The translations under genes and the position numbers were made by a program. Source: Chrysomallon squamiferum (taxonomy: Eukaryota; Animalia; Mollusca). From it: DNA of 64,000 nt. Shown piece after piece: positions 41,273-53,427 of this stretch. The notes below the pieces were generated by a model, which saw only the letters and a list, made by a program, of their open reading frames with translations, had not been told where the DNA came from and made no database searches. Every line of letters begins with the position of its first letter. The stretch's first letter is position 1. The stretch lies in the NCBI GenBank assembly GCA_012295275.1, contig CM022672.1, positions 10,416,001-10,480,000 of the forward strand. The letters are read 5' to 3'.

Positions 41273-42149
41273 GGGAAAAAATGGAAAAAGATATAGATCA
41301 GTAGTCTTTTGGTCAACCTGTTGATCTGTTTCTCTCCCTAGCCAGTGCTCCAGAATTAGTATGGATGGTGCCTATAAAAGATATGTTACTGCTAATTAGA
41401 AAGAACAGCTGAGGGTTTCCACTCTCATTAACAGTTTGTTTCTACTTTATTTATGTTGTGATGAAAGGGTTTCAACCTTGTAAATTCATATTAGATGTTA
41501 CTGTAACGAAAAAACTGAAACAGCCTACATATATATATATACACACAGACCCATATACATACACACAAATATATATATATATATATATATACTCATTCAC
41601 ATGTTTACACATATACATACACATATACACACATACATACATACACACTAACACACATACATACATAAACACTTACACAGACATATTCACACACAAAGAC
41701 AAGCTGAGAGGCTAAACTCTAATAATATAGCATAATTATGATAATAAACCTTTAAAAAATAATAAATATAAATTATTTGAAATTTTAATTGAAGACAAAT
41801 AAAATAAAAGTAATTCATGGAATTTAATAAATTGGTGTATTTTATACTGTAAATATTGTTGTTTATTTTTGTTTTGTTTTTTAATATTTCCAATGTGACA
41901 AAATAATTATGAAATAAGTATAGAGACGAAAATATTAGCTTTTTTTTTTTTTTTTTTTTTTTAATGAGAAAAGCACCTGAATTAAATTAATGTGGGTTTT
42001 TGTTGTTGTTGTTTTTATTATTTTTCATTAAAGTGGACTGAAATCAATCATTAAAGAAAGTTCAGTATAAATTTAGTAAAATCAAAACTAAAACGATTAA
42101 TCTGCAGTGTAAATGTTATGAATATACTTAGTGTTTTAGTCAATACTGA

Positions 42150-42871
42150 CATTGTTAATGAGAAATGATTTGTTGGCACAAATACCACGAAATCCGTTTT
42201 CCGAAATAGACTATAAGATTGGAACTCTTTTTCTGAGGAAGAGAAGTAAAGTAAAACCAAAATGGCCGAAAATCAATAGAAGACTGGACGAATTTTTAAT
42301 TTTTGACAGCAAATTCTCATGAGTAAGGCATTTTCAAGAAGTGATACTGAGGAGGAATGTAAGACAGAATGTCCCAAGACGTCAGATGAAGCAGAGACAA
42401 GTTAGTACATATGTAATATGTAAATATGTCCAGAAAAATCGGTCACGCGAAACGTTGTATATCTCGTAAACGAGTTTTGTATAAACAATCCACCGCCCAC
42501 TCCCACCCCTACCCTAGATTAATGTACTGTTGTGTTTGTAATGTTTTAGGATATCTGTCATATCTTCAGTTGATGACTAACTGTTTATTTTTATAAAATA
42601 AACTCGAACGTTCATAGGGGTTTTATTTCATTATCGCCTGTACCTATTGAATCCTTGTAAATTTATTAAATTGTAATTGTGACAAGTTAATAAGTCACTC
42701 GCCAAAACGTCTTTTAATATATTTCATCATTTATTAAAAAAAAATAACATTCACTTATATTTACAGTAGGTAATTTCAAATATAAAGACATCTTTGTTTA
42801 ATAGGTGTCAAAAAAATGGTATAAAATCAAAAGGCATGATTGTTTTCTGAAATCTTACTTGATTTTGATGT

Positions 42872-42928
<57 letters not shown>

Positions 42929-44330
42929 CTGAAATTTATATAATATTAAACATTATGAGAATGGATTAAAACTACATTATTTACCAACATTTGAGTAAAA
43001 CTGCTGTTTTTTTATTATTGCTGTCAATGGTGACAGTATCAGAATGGCAGATTCATGTTATAATCACACACAGACACACACACACAACACACAGGGTCAT
43101 TATAAAGTCCTTGTGCAATTTTAAATTTTTATACTTTCTAATCTAAGGGTTATAAAAAGGATAGAAGATAAAACAAATTGGGCTATATATGGCATTGAGA
43201 TTCTTAATTTCCAACATGTCCACTTTCATTATGTAGGTATGTGGATAAATTTTTCAAACCCCACTAATCTGAAAATAAATAAGACAGTTGGGTAGAGTTT
43301 GTAAACCACTTTAAAATGATACCAAGATCAAGTGAATATGTAAAAAATTAAGGAAGTAGCAGCAATTTTAACCCCCCTGAAAAGCAATTTTTTTCTTCCG
43401 ATTAAACGCTATATAAGTCATTAGAGGTTTGTGACCAAAAATAGTAATATTTTAACATTTTCCCCTCTATCTTTGTTAATAAGCAAGCTTTCTTGATGAA
43501 ATTTTCAGTGAAGACCAATGCCAATCTCTGCTATCGATTATATTTGTAAAAATTAAAAAGAAGTTATTAATTAAGGTACCAGCAACCTAACAAACAATAA
43601 TTTATGTGGACAAAAATTCTACCAACTTCAACACTACCAACTTCAACATAAATAACATTGCTGAAAAGAACTCTAAAACCCTATAAAAGACAACAAACAT
43701 CATGTGATTCTGTTGAGTATTAAGGAAGTTACAGCATTTTAACGTTTTCAATTAACACTAATTAATTGTCCTATTATTTATTATTTCAGCATTACAATGG
43801 CGTATCCTATTGTCTTTCACTAAAATGCATGTAACTTTCTTAATAATGAAATTTTATTAGTTTTGGACTGAAGATAGATGGTAACTAGTCCTCTCAAATC
43901 AAGCTATTAAAAATCGAGGGTAGAAATCACTTCAGTTTCACTCAATTTTCATCCGCCATGTTTGATTTTGAAGCCATTTCGATGTTACAGCTCCTCTGTC
44001 CGTGCGCATTTTTTTTTTCAGCTGTGTCAGATTTCAATATAAATTCACATATAATAAAATTAAATATTGTTCTTTATCTATCTTAGATTATCCTCCGATT
44101 ATCGAAAACGATTTTAACGTGTTGAATATTTAAATTTTCAACTTTATTGACCGGAAAAATTCCGAGTGAGTATAATAGAATTTCCGCTAATTTTCAGGGA
44201 TAACCGAAACTCCCAACCCCTGAGTAATAAAGAGATTCGGGGAAATCCCGAGTTTGGCAGAAAAAATCACGAAGTTCCGCAGAAATACACATACCTACAT
44301 TATGGATACGAATTATGATATGATTCTAAA
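42150..44330. promoter_or_regulatory. CpG-enriched patches (42150-42720 and 43910-44330), candidate unmethylated promoter region
   Basis: Many CG dinucleotides compared with the CpG-poor 1-38 kb; GC box ccgccc (~42494) and CACCC boxes; YY1-like aaaatggccg (~42259) and ccgccatgttt (~43954). Confidence 0.4.
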
Positions 44331-45069
44331 GTTCTAGAAGTATCTTTTGTAGCTGATTTCAAGTTAATGATAATTAACAGTAGGCTAAATATGTCAGTTT
44401 CTTGCATTATTAAATTATTGTTAAGCAGAAGAAAAGTGTTTCACAATAATTTTAACTTTTTGTTTTTATTAATGTATTCATCATTTTATCATTTATTATT
44501 ATTTATTTTTTCATTTATAGAAATTCACATGCATTTAGATTTACAGTTTTATTAGGAAATCCTGTCAGTATGAAAGTTTTAAGCAGTAATAAATATTCAG
44601 TGAAATCAACTTCGGCCATTCTTTATTCAAATAACGTATGATTCTGGATTCACTAACAGAAACAGTTATAGATTTGATTCATATTTTTCTGCTACATAAA
44701 TGATTCACACAAGTTTTGGCAACTTACAGATATTTGAAATCTTGATAAATTGTCATTTCAAAAAGGTTAAAATGTATTCCATGAAAAAATAAAAAAGCAT
44801 TTTAATGTTTGATCCCAAAAGAAGAAAATCCAAATATTTACTTTAAAACATTTTGCAGGAAGGATTTTTTAATTAATTTTTTAGTTAAGAATCTCAACGC
44901 CATATATAATCCAAAAATTCTTATCTTTTATCCTTTTTATCACCCTTAGATTAGAAAGTATAAAAATTTAAAATTGCACAAGGACTTTATAATGACCCTG
45001 TGTGTTGTGTGTGTGTCTGTGTGTGATAATAACATGAATCTGCCATTTTGATACTGTCACCATTGACAG
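43021..45069. mobile_element. 2.05-kb segment bounded by ~185-bp inverted repeats (probable non-autonomous DNA transposon or inverted duplication)
   Basis: 43021-43207 is the reverse complement of 44885-45069. The inner boundary cagggtcattataaagtcc (43092) / ggactttataatgaccctg (45000) resembles Tc1/mariner-type ends. Confidence 0.8.
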
Positions 45070-47240
45070 ATATTTATACTACTATTCAGTGTTAGAAATG
45101 GACAATTGAGACAATTCATGTCAAATTGTATTTGGTTTTTACTTCCAGTGCAAACGTCCTTACCACTACCACAATAAATAATCAACAGAGTTTTGGAAAT
45201 CTCATTTTTGAGTTTTGGAAAAGTTATAGAAATTAAAGTTTTCACATATGGATGAACCATGTACATTAGACAAGAGACCGAGCATGGTCTGTCTGTTTCT
45301 GTTAAAATAAATGGATAACATTGAAGTATCTTTGAAACAACAGTATGAATTTGTTTGTAAAGATAGCACCTATCTGTATTTACCTAAGAACCACAAATTA
45401 AATATTGATAAGATGTGAAGCAGATTCTTTTTACATGAACATTATTTCCAAAATTCTATGAAATTGAATAATCAAAAGGTAAAATGTTAACATATTAAAA
45501 ACAAAAGTAGTCTGGTTATCAAGCATCAGTTTAAACTTGTTTAAAAAACATTAGAATCTGTGTATGTTCAAAACATCGTGGTTTATCAAGACTAGTCTGG
45601 CCTGAAGCCAAGCAGTGGTTGATCCATTTCTGTGAACCAAATTGCCAACAAAGAGAACTGAAAGGAACATGTTTATTCAGTTCATTCATAATAACAACAT
45701 ATAGTAATTTAATGTGCCAAATTTAGTATTACATCAGATATTACTATGTTATTTCATTGATATTATGTTCCTTACCTTCAATTTCCTGCTCTTTTTAATC
45801 CATAATTTTTTCTCTCTGATTGTGGAAATGTGCTTCAGTAATATCCATATAAACATCAAATCAGTGGCAATGCGCAAAAAAGTATTACATGTGCTGTTTA
45901 TAAATTCTGTGTAACTAACACTGTTGATAAAGCTGTTCTCTGAAACTGTTGAAAATCCACATGAATTCTTGTGAAAAAAAGCCGAACCTTTAGTCCTGTA
46001 ATAGCATTTGACCTGTACAAACCTCAAAACACACATACAGACAGTTTAACTTCAGCCATTTGCATCTGTTAATTTCAGATTGGTTAATAATAAAAGTTTA
46101 GTTTTTTTCTTCTCTAATATATGTCATTAAATACATTTTCATATACATGTACATATCTGTATGGCATATTTATGTCAAATTCATTTGAGCTGTGTCTTAT
46201 TTACTTGTTATTTATTTAGTTTACGAAATATGCAAAAGTTTGTTTCTTAGAATATAAAATGTATATTACTTATCTATCAGAACTGTAGTATGTATTTGAA
46301 ATTCAAATAGCCTTAGACTTGAGCTATATTTGCTAACCACTTCATCTTGACTTACAAATTTTGATTGTATATAAATGTTGAATATGGAAATGGACATTAA
46401 CAACTATCTTTGTATTTCAGTATTACCATTATTAAACTTCTTTAGTAAAATTGTAAATAATTACAATAAATTCTGTAGTGAAACAAATATCTGGTGAAAA
46501 TTCCATTGATTAAAACAAGGAAAGATTTATGTTTTATCAAATAAAACTGACTTATCCTTGTCCAAAGTCAGCTGGTGTAAATTACCAATACTGCCTGAGT
46601 TTGTATGTTTAGCACTAAGTGATTGCTCTTTAACCAATAGTCTTGATAACAGACTATGAAAAGATTCTTTTTAAGCAAAACATTCAGTGCAACTTTTATA
46701 AAAGTAATTATTTAATACTGGTTTTAAAGTGAATTATTTACTTAACTCATGACTAAGACAAATATACTATTCACAGTATTATCAAATATACTTTGTTCCA
46801 GTCATGCATCATCACATTATTTTCATTTAGTTATTATTTCACTGGATTTTATTTGATAATATTCTGACTGATCAATTATTCAAATATCAAATAGCAAAGT
46901 GTACAAAAACAGTATTCATAATAAACAACATATTATATATAGATGCCACTGTTTTAGAAAAGCTTGTAAGTTGCCAAGTAACTACCAGCATAATTATAAC
47001 TGTAAGAGTTGTCATGGATGCCAGGATATTTGTAAATTGTTTGACATATCTGTTTCTTCGTCATCTCTTGATTTAATCTTCATGTGATAAAAATAGAGAA
47101 CTGTTGATTTTCTGTGGACTTGTAACTGTTAAAAACTATTTGCGTTCACTAAATTGTTGTGTTCACTAAATTGTTACTACAGACCATACTGACTTAAATT
47201 GGATCACTAATTTTGAATACTTCGTCATCTTCATTTTCAG

Positions 47241-47276
47241 ATATTGCTTATACAGAGGGTCCTCAACTTTGTGGTG
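47241..47276 (+). CDS. Candidate 36-nt upstream microexon of FTZ-F1 (xIAYTEGPQLCG)
   Basis: tcttcattttcag|ATATTGCTTATACAGAGGGTCCTCAACTTTGTGGTG|gtaatc; phase 1/1, open and in frame with exon 48479 (G+CT = Ala). Confidence 0.55.
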
Positions 47277-48030
47277 GTAATCCCATAAATAATTTTAAGA
47301 AATAAATTTCAACTTGAATTAGCACAATGTAAAATTCAAATGTCGCAGGCAAGCTTGTTTGTGAGCGCTGAAGAACAAACAATATGCAGTGTTTATTTGG
47401 GAAAGGTGGTGTCACTTGGGTCCCAGAATATGGTCTTTGGGTATTGCGTGCTTTGTTTGCATCCACTCTTTCACTTTAGTGTTTGTGTTTTTTGGTGACT
47501 TTTTACCCTTCATTATAGCTCCCAAATTTAAGGCAGACTTTTCCTGTGGTCTAGTTCTAATTTGTGATTTATACGTATGAAATTAGGGTGTTTTAGGTTA
47601 GATAAGTGACTTGCATTGAAAATTGCCTTATGTTGGTCCATAGGAACAGATATTCCTGTATCTTTATAATTTTTTTTTTTTTTTTTTTTAAATTCGTTTT
47701 TTTTTTTACTGAATTTGTAACATTCAGTAACATATCTTAAAATTATTCGCTTTATTTTTTTATATATATATATATATATATTTTTTTTTTAAATACCTTC
47801 AGAATTGTTAAGATCATTTATTTTAAAGAATATATCTTTACATTAAGAAAAGATGCAACTTTGATTTGTATATGTAAATACATGCAGCGCTTCTTTTTCA
47901 GGCTAAATTACTAAAACCTGTCATTTTAATTATGTTACAAGCAAAACAACAGCAGTTTCTTTAATTTTTTTAATTCTATTTATATTACTAAATTTGTAAT
48001 TAATATATTGAGTGATTGACATATCAGAAA

Positions 48031-48062
48031 CCAATCCTTTAGCGTCAGTGAAGCCTATATAA
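48031..48062 (+). promoter_or_regulatory. Candidate proximal core promoter (CCAAT, CGTCA half-CRE, TATATAA)
   Basis: CCAAT 48031-48035, CGTCA 48043-48047 and TATATAA 48056-48062 are clustered about 170 nt before the ATG at 48235. Confidence 0.4.
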
Positions 48063-48234
48063 GACGGGATGTTTTTCTGCAATGACATAAATGATTACTG
48101 ACTTCAGAACACAGAATCATTCCAAACATCTCTGAAAACTGTTCACATCTGACTTGGTATTTTTATAGCAAAGACGTTAAACAATACTTTGGTTTTGTTT
48201 AGGTCTTCTTTTTATTGAAAAAACAACAAAATAT

Positions 48235-48364
48235 ATGAAACAAAACTGTAAAATGGAAAATTGGTGGATGGATAAATATTTGTTTGAAAATGAGGATAAA
48301 TATTTGTTTGAAAATGAAATTGAAGAAATGAATTCATCGTGCAGGATGATCACTCGGGAATTAA
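48235..48364 (+). CDS. Candidate alternative first coding exon of FTZ-F1 (MKQNCKMENWWMDKYLFENEDKYLFENEIEEMNSSCRMITREL)
   Basis: ATG-led 43 codons + 1 nt, then donor |gtatgt at 48365; phase 1 matches acceptor 48478 (114-nt intron); lies downstream of a TATA box. Confidence 0.45.
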
Positions 48365-48478
48365 GTATGTACATTTTTATCTGTTTTATTACGGTTACAA
48401 TATAAGCATTATTTAATGCTGACAATTCCACTGTATTAAAGTTTAAACTATAATTAATTTCTTTTGTTGTTTTTACAG

Positions 48479-48607
48479 CTTCTACCTCTGGAGGTGATGG
48501 TCAGTATCCTCCTGACATTAAAATAGGATTTGATGAACTGTGTCCTGTTTGCGGAGACAAGGTTTCTGGTTATCATTATGGTCTCCTTACCTGTGAAAGT
48601 TGTAAAG
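48479..48607 (+). CDS. ftz-f1: FTZ-F1 exon: first zinc finger ([44 protein letters not shown])
   Basis: Acceptor ttgttgtttttacag| and donor aaaG|gtacgt; phase 1 at both ends; too short for the ORF track. Confidence 0.95.
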
Positions 48608-51195
48608 GTACGTCATCTTCTGTTGTTTATTCACATTATAAACAGATGTAAGAGTTCTAGTGATTTTAAACAAATCCTTCCATTTTTGTGGGTTATTTTT
48701 TAAATTTCCATGTTAATGTTCATTTATATCTATAGGCAATGACTTCAAAATGTTTAAATCTTAATGTATAAACAACAATTGCTGATTTTGGTTGGTTTCT
48801 CTCTGGTTTATGAAATTGATAGTAAGCAGATAAATTTTGCTTTATTGTTCATTAGAGCTGCAGTGTTAATTTATTTAATTTACTACTGGAACTTCTGTTT
48901 GAAGTAGCAAAAATATTTCCAAACTTAAAAAAGGTGAAAATTATTTTGTAACAAACAATGCAAACATCTCTTCAGACAATTAACCATAGAGACAAAAGGT
49001 AAATACTGATTAGTTTTCACTTTTATTCAGTTCACTTTCATCTGCATAAAAAAAAAGTAAAATTTTAAGTAATATAAAAAAAAAATGAGTCTCTCAAAGA
49101 AGCATTTTACTAGAAATCTGATTTTGTATTTTGAAATAGCAGTTGCTTCTTGCTCAGTTCAGCTTATTTCACAATATGTTAAATGAAGTATCTGTCAACA
49201 CTTCTACCTATCCCGTAAGAAAATAAGAATTGCTTGAAAATATGCATTAAGGTTATTTTCAGTTTGCTATTAAGAACATGTAAACATTTATATTACCTTT
49301 TTGTTAAAGTTTAGTTTATTTTATTTTACTTTACTTTTTAATGTATTATATATATATATATATATTTATTTATTTCTAAAAAAAAAAAATTTAATGTGTT
49401 TTCTAGCAGTTTTGTCAAAAGTAATTAAACAATCTGAATACTTTTACAAGACATTCATATCCTGAAATCATCCAATTTAAACTAATTTATTATGGATTTT
49501 AGATTGCCAGATAATGAAAGTAAAAAAAATCCCCAATAACTTTGAACTGTTCTGGTTTGCCAGGCCTGGAAAATTTAAATGTAAAAACAATATAGATATA
49601 CAGTATGTATGGGTGTACTTAAGGTTGTAATTTCATGCCTATCACACACATTGTTCTGTTTTAGGGTTTTTCAAGAGAACTGTTCAGAACAAGAAAGTGT
49701 ATTCTTGTGTAGATAATAGAAGCTGTCATATTGATAAAAGTCAACGGAAAAGGTGTCCATACTGCAGGTTCCAGAAGTGTATCAGTGTCGGCATGAAGTT
49801 GGAAGGTAAATTTATATTCTCTTTCCTTCCATGTTTGACATTTTACTTTCTTGTTATTTTTGTTTGTTTCGGAGTTGAAATATGTGACTGGGGGGAAATT
49901 GTTTTAGATTTGTAATAATATATTTCGAATTATTCAGTAGCTTAAATTATAAATTTATGCATTACGAGTTCAGTTTTAAATAAACAAAACATTTTTTCTT
50001 ATAAATAAACACAAAAAGGACAATAACATAGGACGACATGTGAAATTTAACCACCAGTCATGTTTCAGTTTTCACTGTCTTGTACAATAAACAGTTGAAT
50101 ATCTTTGTAATGTATTCTGTGATTGGTCATGCATTCACCACACAGGGTTTTTTTTAGCTTACTTGTTTGTACTTGAAATGATGGTCTATTTGTCCTGTAC
50201 AAGAAGGCAAGTGTTAATGAACTCTGTACAAATATTTTCATGAACTTTAAATTTATTAAATGAAAATATATATTCATAAGATCAAGGTAAGTAATTATTT
50301 CCTAAATTAACTGTCATTGTTATATATAGTCTTGATCTTTTATTTAAAGACAAAAATAATAATATAAACTGTGTTGTGTGTACTGATGAATTTATTGTTA
50401 CTGTGATAGTGAAGACAAAAATTAGATCACATGTTCAACATATATATTTGCTTTCTGCAGCTGTCCGATCTGACAGGATGAGGGGTGGAAGAAACAAATT
50501 TGGGCCAATGTACAAACGTGACAGAGCTCTAAAACAGCAGGCACTTCGTCAGCAACAGTCCCTGGTGGCTCACTGTCAGCTGCGTCTTGCCAATGGCATG
50601 TCCCCAGTTCCAGGCTCACCTGAGGACATCAAACCTGATCTGATGTTCATGCCAACCAACTCCAACATGTCCCATCACAGCATGAGCTCGTCCCTGGACC
50701 TTTATCGCAGCCACTCAACTGTCCCTCCCCTTCTAATCATTCTGGCCTGGGCAGCAATTCCCCTCCAGTGTCTGGTCTGTCAGGATCCCACAGGAGCATC
50801 CAGTCACACCATGATTCCTATTCCCACAGCACAAGTTATCCTACAGTGATCGATGCCCTGAGAAATTATCAGAGCTCTACATTTCACCAAAATCAGCCGT
50901 TCATGGCCATCATGCCTCAACTGGTGGCTGACCTCAAGTCTGGACTGGTAGAAGAAGGAGAGGTCAAACGCAAACTGATGACATTTTTTCACAATGAGTT
51001 TGGACATCTGGACATTGGCTCTCACCCCATTCAGTTTCTGCACATGCTGTGCAAAATGGTCGACCAGTTGCTCTTCCTTATGGTGGAGTGGGCTCGCAAT
51101 TCATGTGTGTTCAAAGAATTAAAGGTAAAATACTGTTCAGTTAAATGTTAAGTATCCTTTCACAAACATACAAATACACAGAAAGAGAGAGAAAG

Positions 51196-51253
<58 letters not shown>

Positions 51254-53427
51254 AAAGGATATTAGATATTGTTTATACTTGTGGAATCTGATTTGACATA
51301 GAAAATAAATCTTACAGATACATATGCTTGTTATTTTATTATCATTAAAATATGTTCAGATTTCATTAAATAATCAATCATTTACTCGTTAACAAATTAC
51401 TTTTGATGTTACATATTCTGAGAATCGTATGTGCCACAGAGTCAACTTTTGTTAAAGGAAAAAGTAATAAAAGCATTTCAGTATTGTTTCTACTCATACG
51501 CAAATGATTTGAGTTTGCGAAACAGGTAATATCATTGCTGAAGGTGAATTTTGTTTTTAATTTTTAAAATTAATGATATTTGTTAATGCTTTCTTACTTA
51601 CAGGTCTACACTAATTAACTGGAAATTTTTTTTCTTTAATTAATTAATTCACCTTACCATTGTTACACTGTTTTAGAACTGGATAAAAGAGTTGTTAACC
51701 CATATGGTCATTTAGTAAGAATAAAGTTTTAATAATTGGACCTTTTGCTTAGATGAGAGTACTTGACCTAGATTGTTATAATTATATATTAAACACACAG
51801 TTTGGATTAGGTTTTTAGAATCTTCTGTATCAAGAATTGTTCTTTCTTACATCAGATACCAAAGAGAGTATAGTTTTTTTTTTCACTTGACTTGTTGAAA
51901 TGTTTTTATATAAATATGTCTTCTTTCAGGTGGAAGATCAGATGAAACTTCTTCAGAATTCCTGGAGCGAGATTCTTATTTTAGATCTAGTGTACAGACA
52001 GGTACAGGACAGCTGGGCTAGCGAAATCATACTGGTAAGAACTTGAATCTAAATTGGTCATCATTTGAAACTGAACTTTTCACTAAAAACAAAAACGGCT
52101 TACTGCCATCTGGTTCCCAGTGCAGAGTGCTGGTCATTTCACTAACACACAAGTGTGAACCTACTTTAATAGTGTTTCTGTGTATCTCATTTTCTTCTTC
52201 TTCTTCTTCTGCAGACCTTTCCAAATATAACTGGCAGTGCTTTCACTGGCAAGTAAATGGAAGTAAAGTAAATCTTTTTTTTTTTCCAGGAAACACATTA
52301 ATTGGCACATTTTTAATATATATTTTTTTCCAATAAAGAATGATATGATACTGATCATCTGAACTGTTTTGTAAAAGACTTTGGGGGATTTTTTTGTTAG
52401 GCTTTTTGTTAATTTTATAATTCAGAGTTTTGAATTATTTTTGTGCAAGGAAGAGTAAAGGCAGTGTTATTAGTAATGATCTTGTTTTCTCTGGGTTTTT
52501 TTTTAATCATTACTGATGTCATGGTTTTTGGGATGGGCTTTAAAATAATTTTTTATCTTTTTTTTAATTTTAATTTTTTTCTTATTATTACTGTGGGGTT
52601 TTAATGATGTTGTTAATGGTTTTGTGCTATGTTTCACCAGACAAATGGTCAGAGAATAAACTTCGATATCCTGGACAAACTGGGACTAAGCGATGTGAAG
52701 GCTCGTCTGTATGAGCTTATAAAGAAGATGAAGGAATTGAAAATAGATGTCTATGAATATGCGTGCCTTAAATTCCTGATTTTGCTCAACCCTGGTAAGT
52801 AAACTGATAATGATTTTTTTTTTTTTTAAATGTCAGTGATAATAACCAAAATGCTTGTCTAGAACGTTTATAAAAAAAAATTGGAAAAGCTTGAATTAGT
52901 TTTACTGAGTATATTTATCCTAGAAAAAACTAATTATTTAACTATTTTATTAATTTGGCTAACTGAAATTAAGTTGCAATTAACAGAGGAGGATGATGAT
53001 GATGAAGATGATTATTTTGATTACTATTATTATTTTTAAATTACATTGCCACAAAGAAGATAATAATCTTTTCTATTGTGTTTTTTTCATCTCAATTACA
53101 TTTTTCATTTTTTCATTTGTTACAATTTTTTTTTCAAATAATTATTAACACATACTTTTATTTCAATCTTTTTGTACAGATGTCTCAGGTCTCGACAATC
53201 GTCAGTACGTGGAGCAAAGTCAAGAGAAAGTGAATGCTGCCCTACTCCAGTATTGCCTTAATTTTTACCCAGACATGAAAGACAAATTTGGGCAGATTCT
53301 GTTGCGGTTGCCTGAAATTCGTGTAATCAGTATTAGGGCTGAAGAGTATCTGTATTTCAGGCACCTCAATGGCGAGGTTCCAGATCAGACATTGCTACTG
53401 GAGATGCTTCACTCAAGGAAAAAATAA
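48479..53427 (+). CDS. ftz-f1: Nuclear hormone receptor FTZ-F1 / NR5A family (spliced, 6 core coding exons; N-terminal exon(s) uncertain; apparent 1-nt frameshift in exon 50461-51124)
   Basis: Spliced translation gives ...[27 protein letters not shown]|[46 protein letters not shown]|[27 protein letters not shown] (C4 zinc fingers, ESCKG P-box, FTZ-F1 box diagnostic of NR5A rather than NR5B/HR39). The LBD ends in AF-2 [11 protein letters not shown]. All introns are GT-AG with compatible phases. Confidence 0.96.
49665..49805 (+). CDS. ftz-f1: FTZ-F1 exon: second zinc finger ([11 protein letters not shown]...CISVGMKLE)
   Basis: Acceptor ttctgttttag| and donor gaaG|gtaaat; overlaps ORF 49697-49915. 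Confidence 0.95.
50461..51124 (+). CDS. ftz-f1: FTZ-F1 exon: FTZ-F1 box, hinge and start of LBD (…[26 protein letters not shown]); frame changes within the exon
   Basis: Acceptor ctttctgcag| and donor AAG|gtaaaa. The 5' part is in ORF 50376-50849 and the 3' part in ORF 50768-51151, which is the -1 frame. Confidence 0.9.
51198..51251. repeat. (CA)n microsatellite in an FTZ-F1 intron
   Basis: Direct reading. Confidence 0.95.
51930..52034 (+). CDS. ftz-f1: FTZ-F1 exon: LBD ([35 protein letters not shown])
   Basis: ttctttcag| ... CTG|gtaaga; 105 nt, phase 0/0; [12 protein letters not shown] is the NR5A LBD signature. Confidence 0.95.
52641..52794 (+). CDS. ftz-f1: FTZ-F1 exon: LBD ([51 protein letters not shown])
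   Basis: gtttcaccag| ... CCTG|gtaagt; [13 protein letters not shown] motif. Confidence 0.95.
53180..53427 (+). CDS. ftz-f1: FTZ-F1 last coding exon ([23 protein letters not shown]...[11 protein letters not shown])
   Basis: tttttgtacag| acceptor; ORF 53209-53427; [19 protein letters not shown] and AF-2 motifs; TAA stop. Confidence 0.95.
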
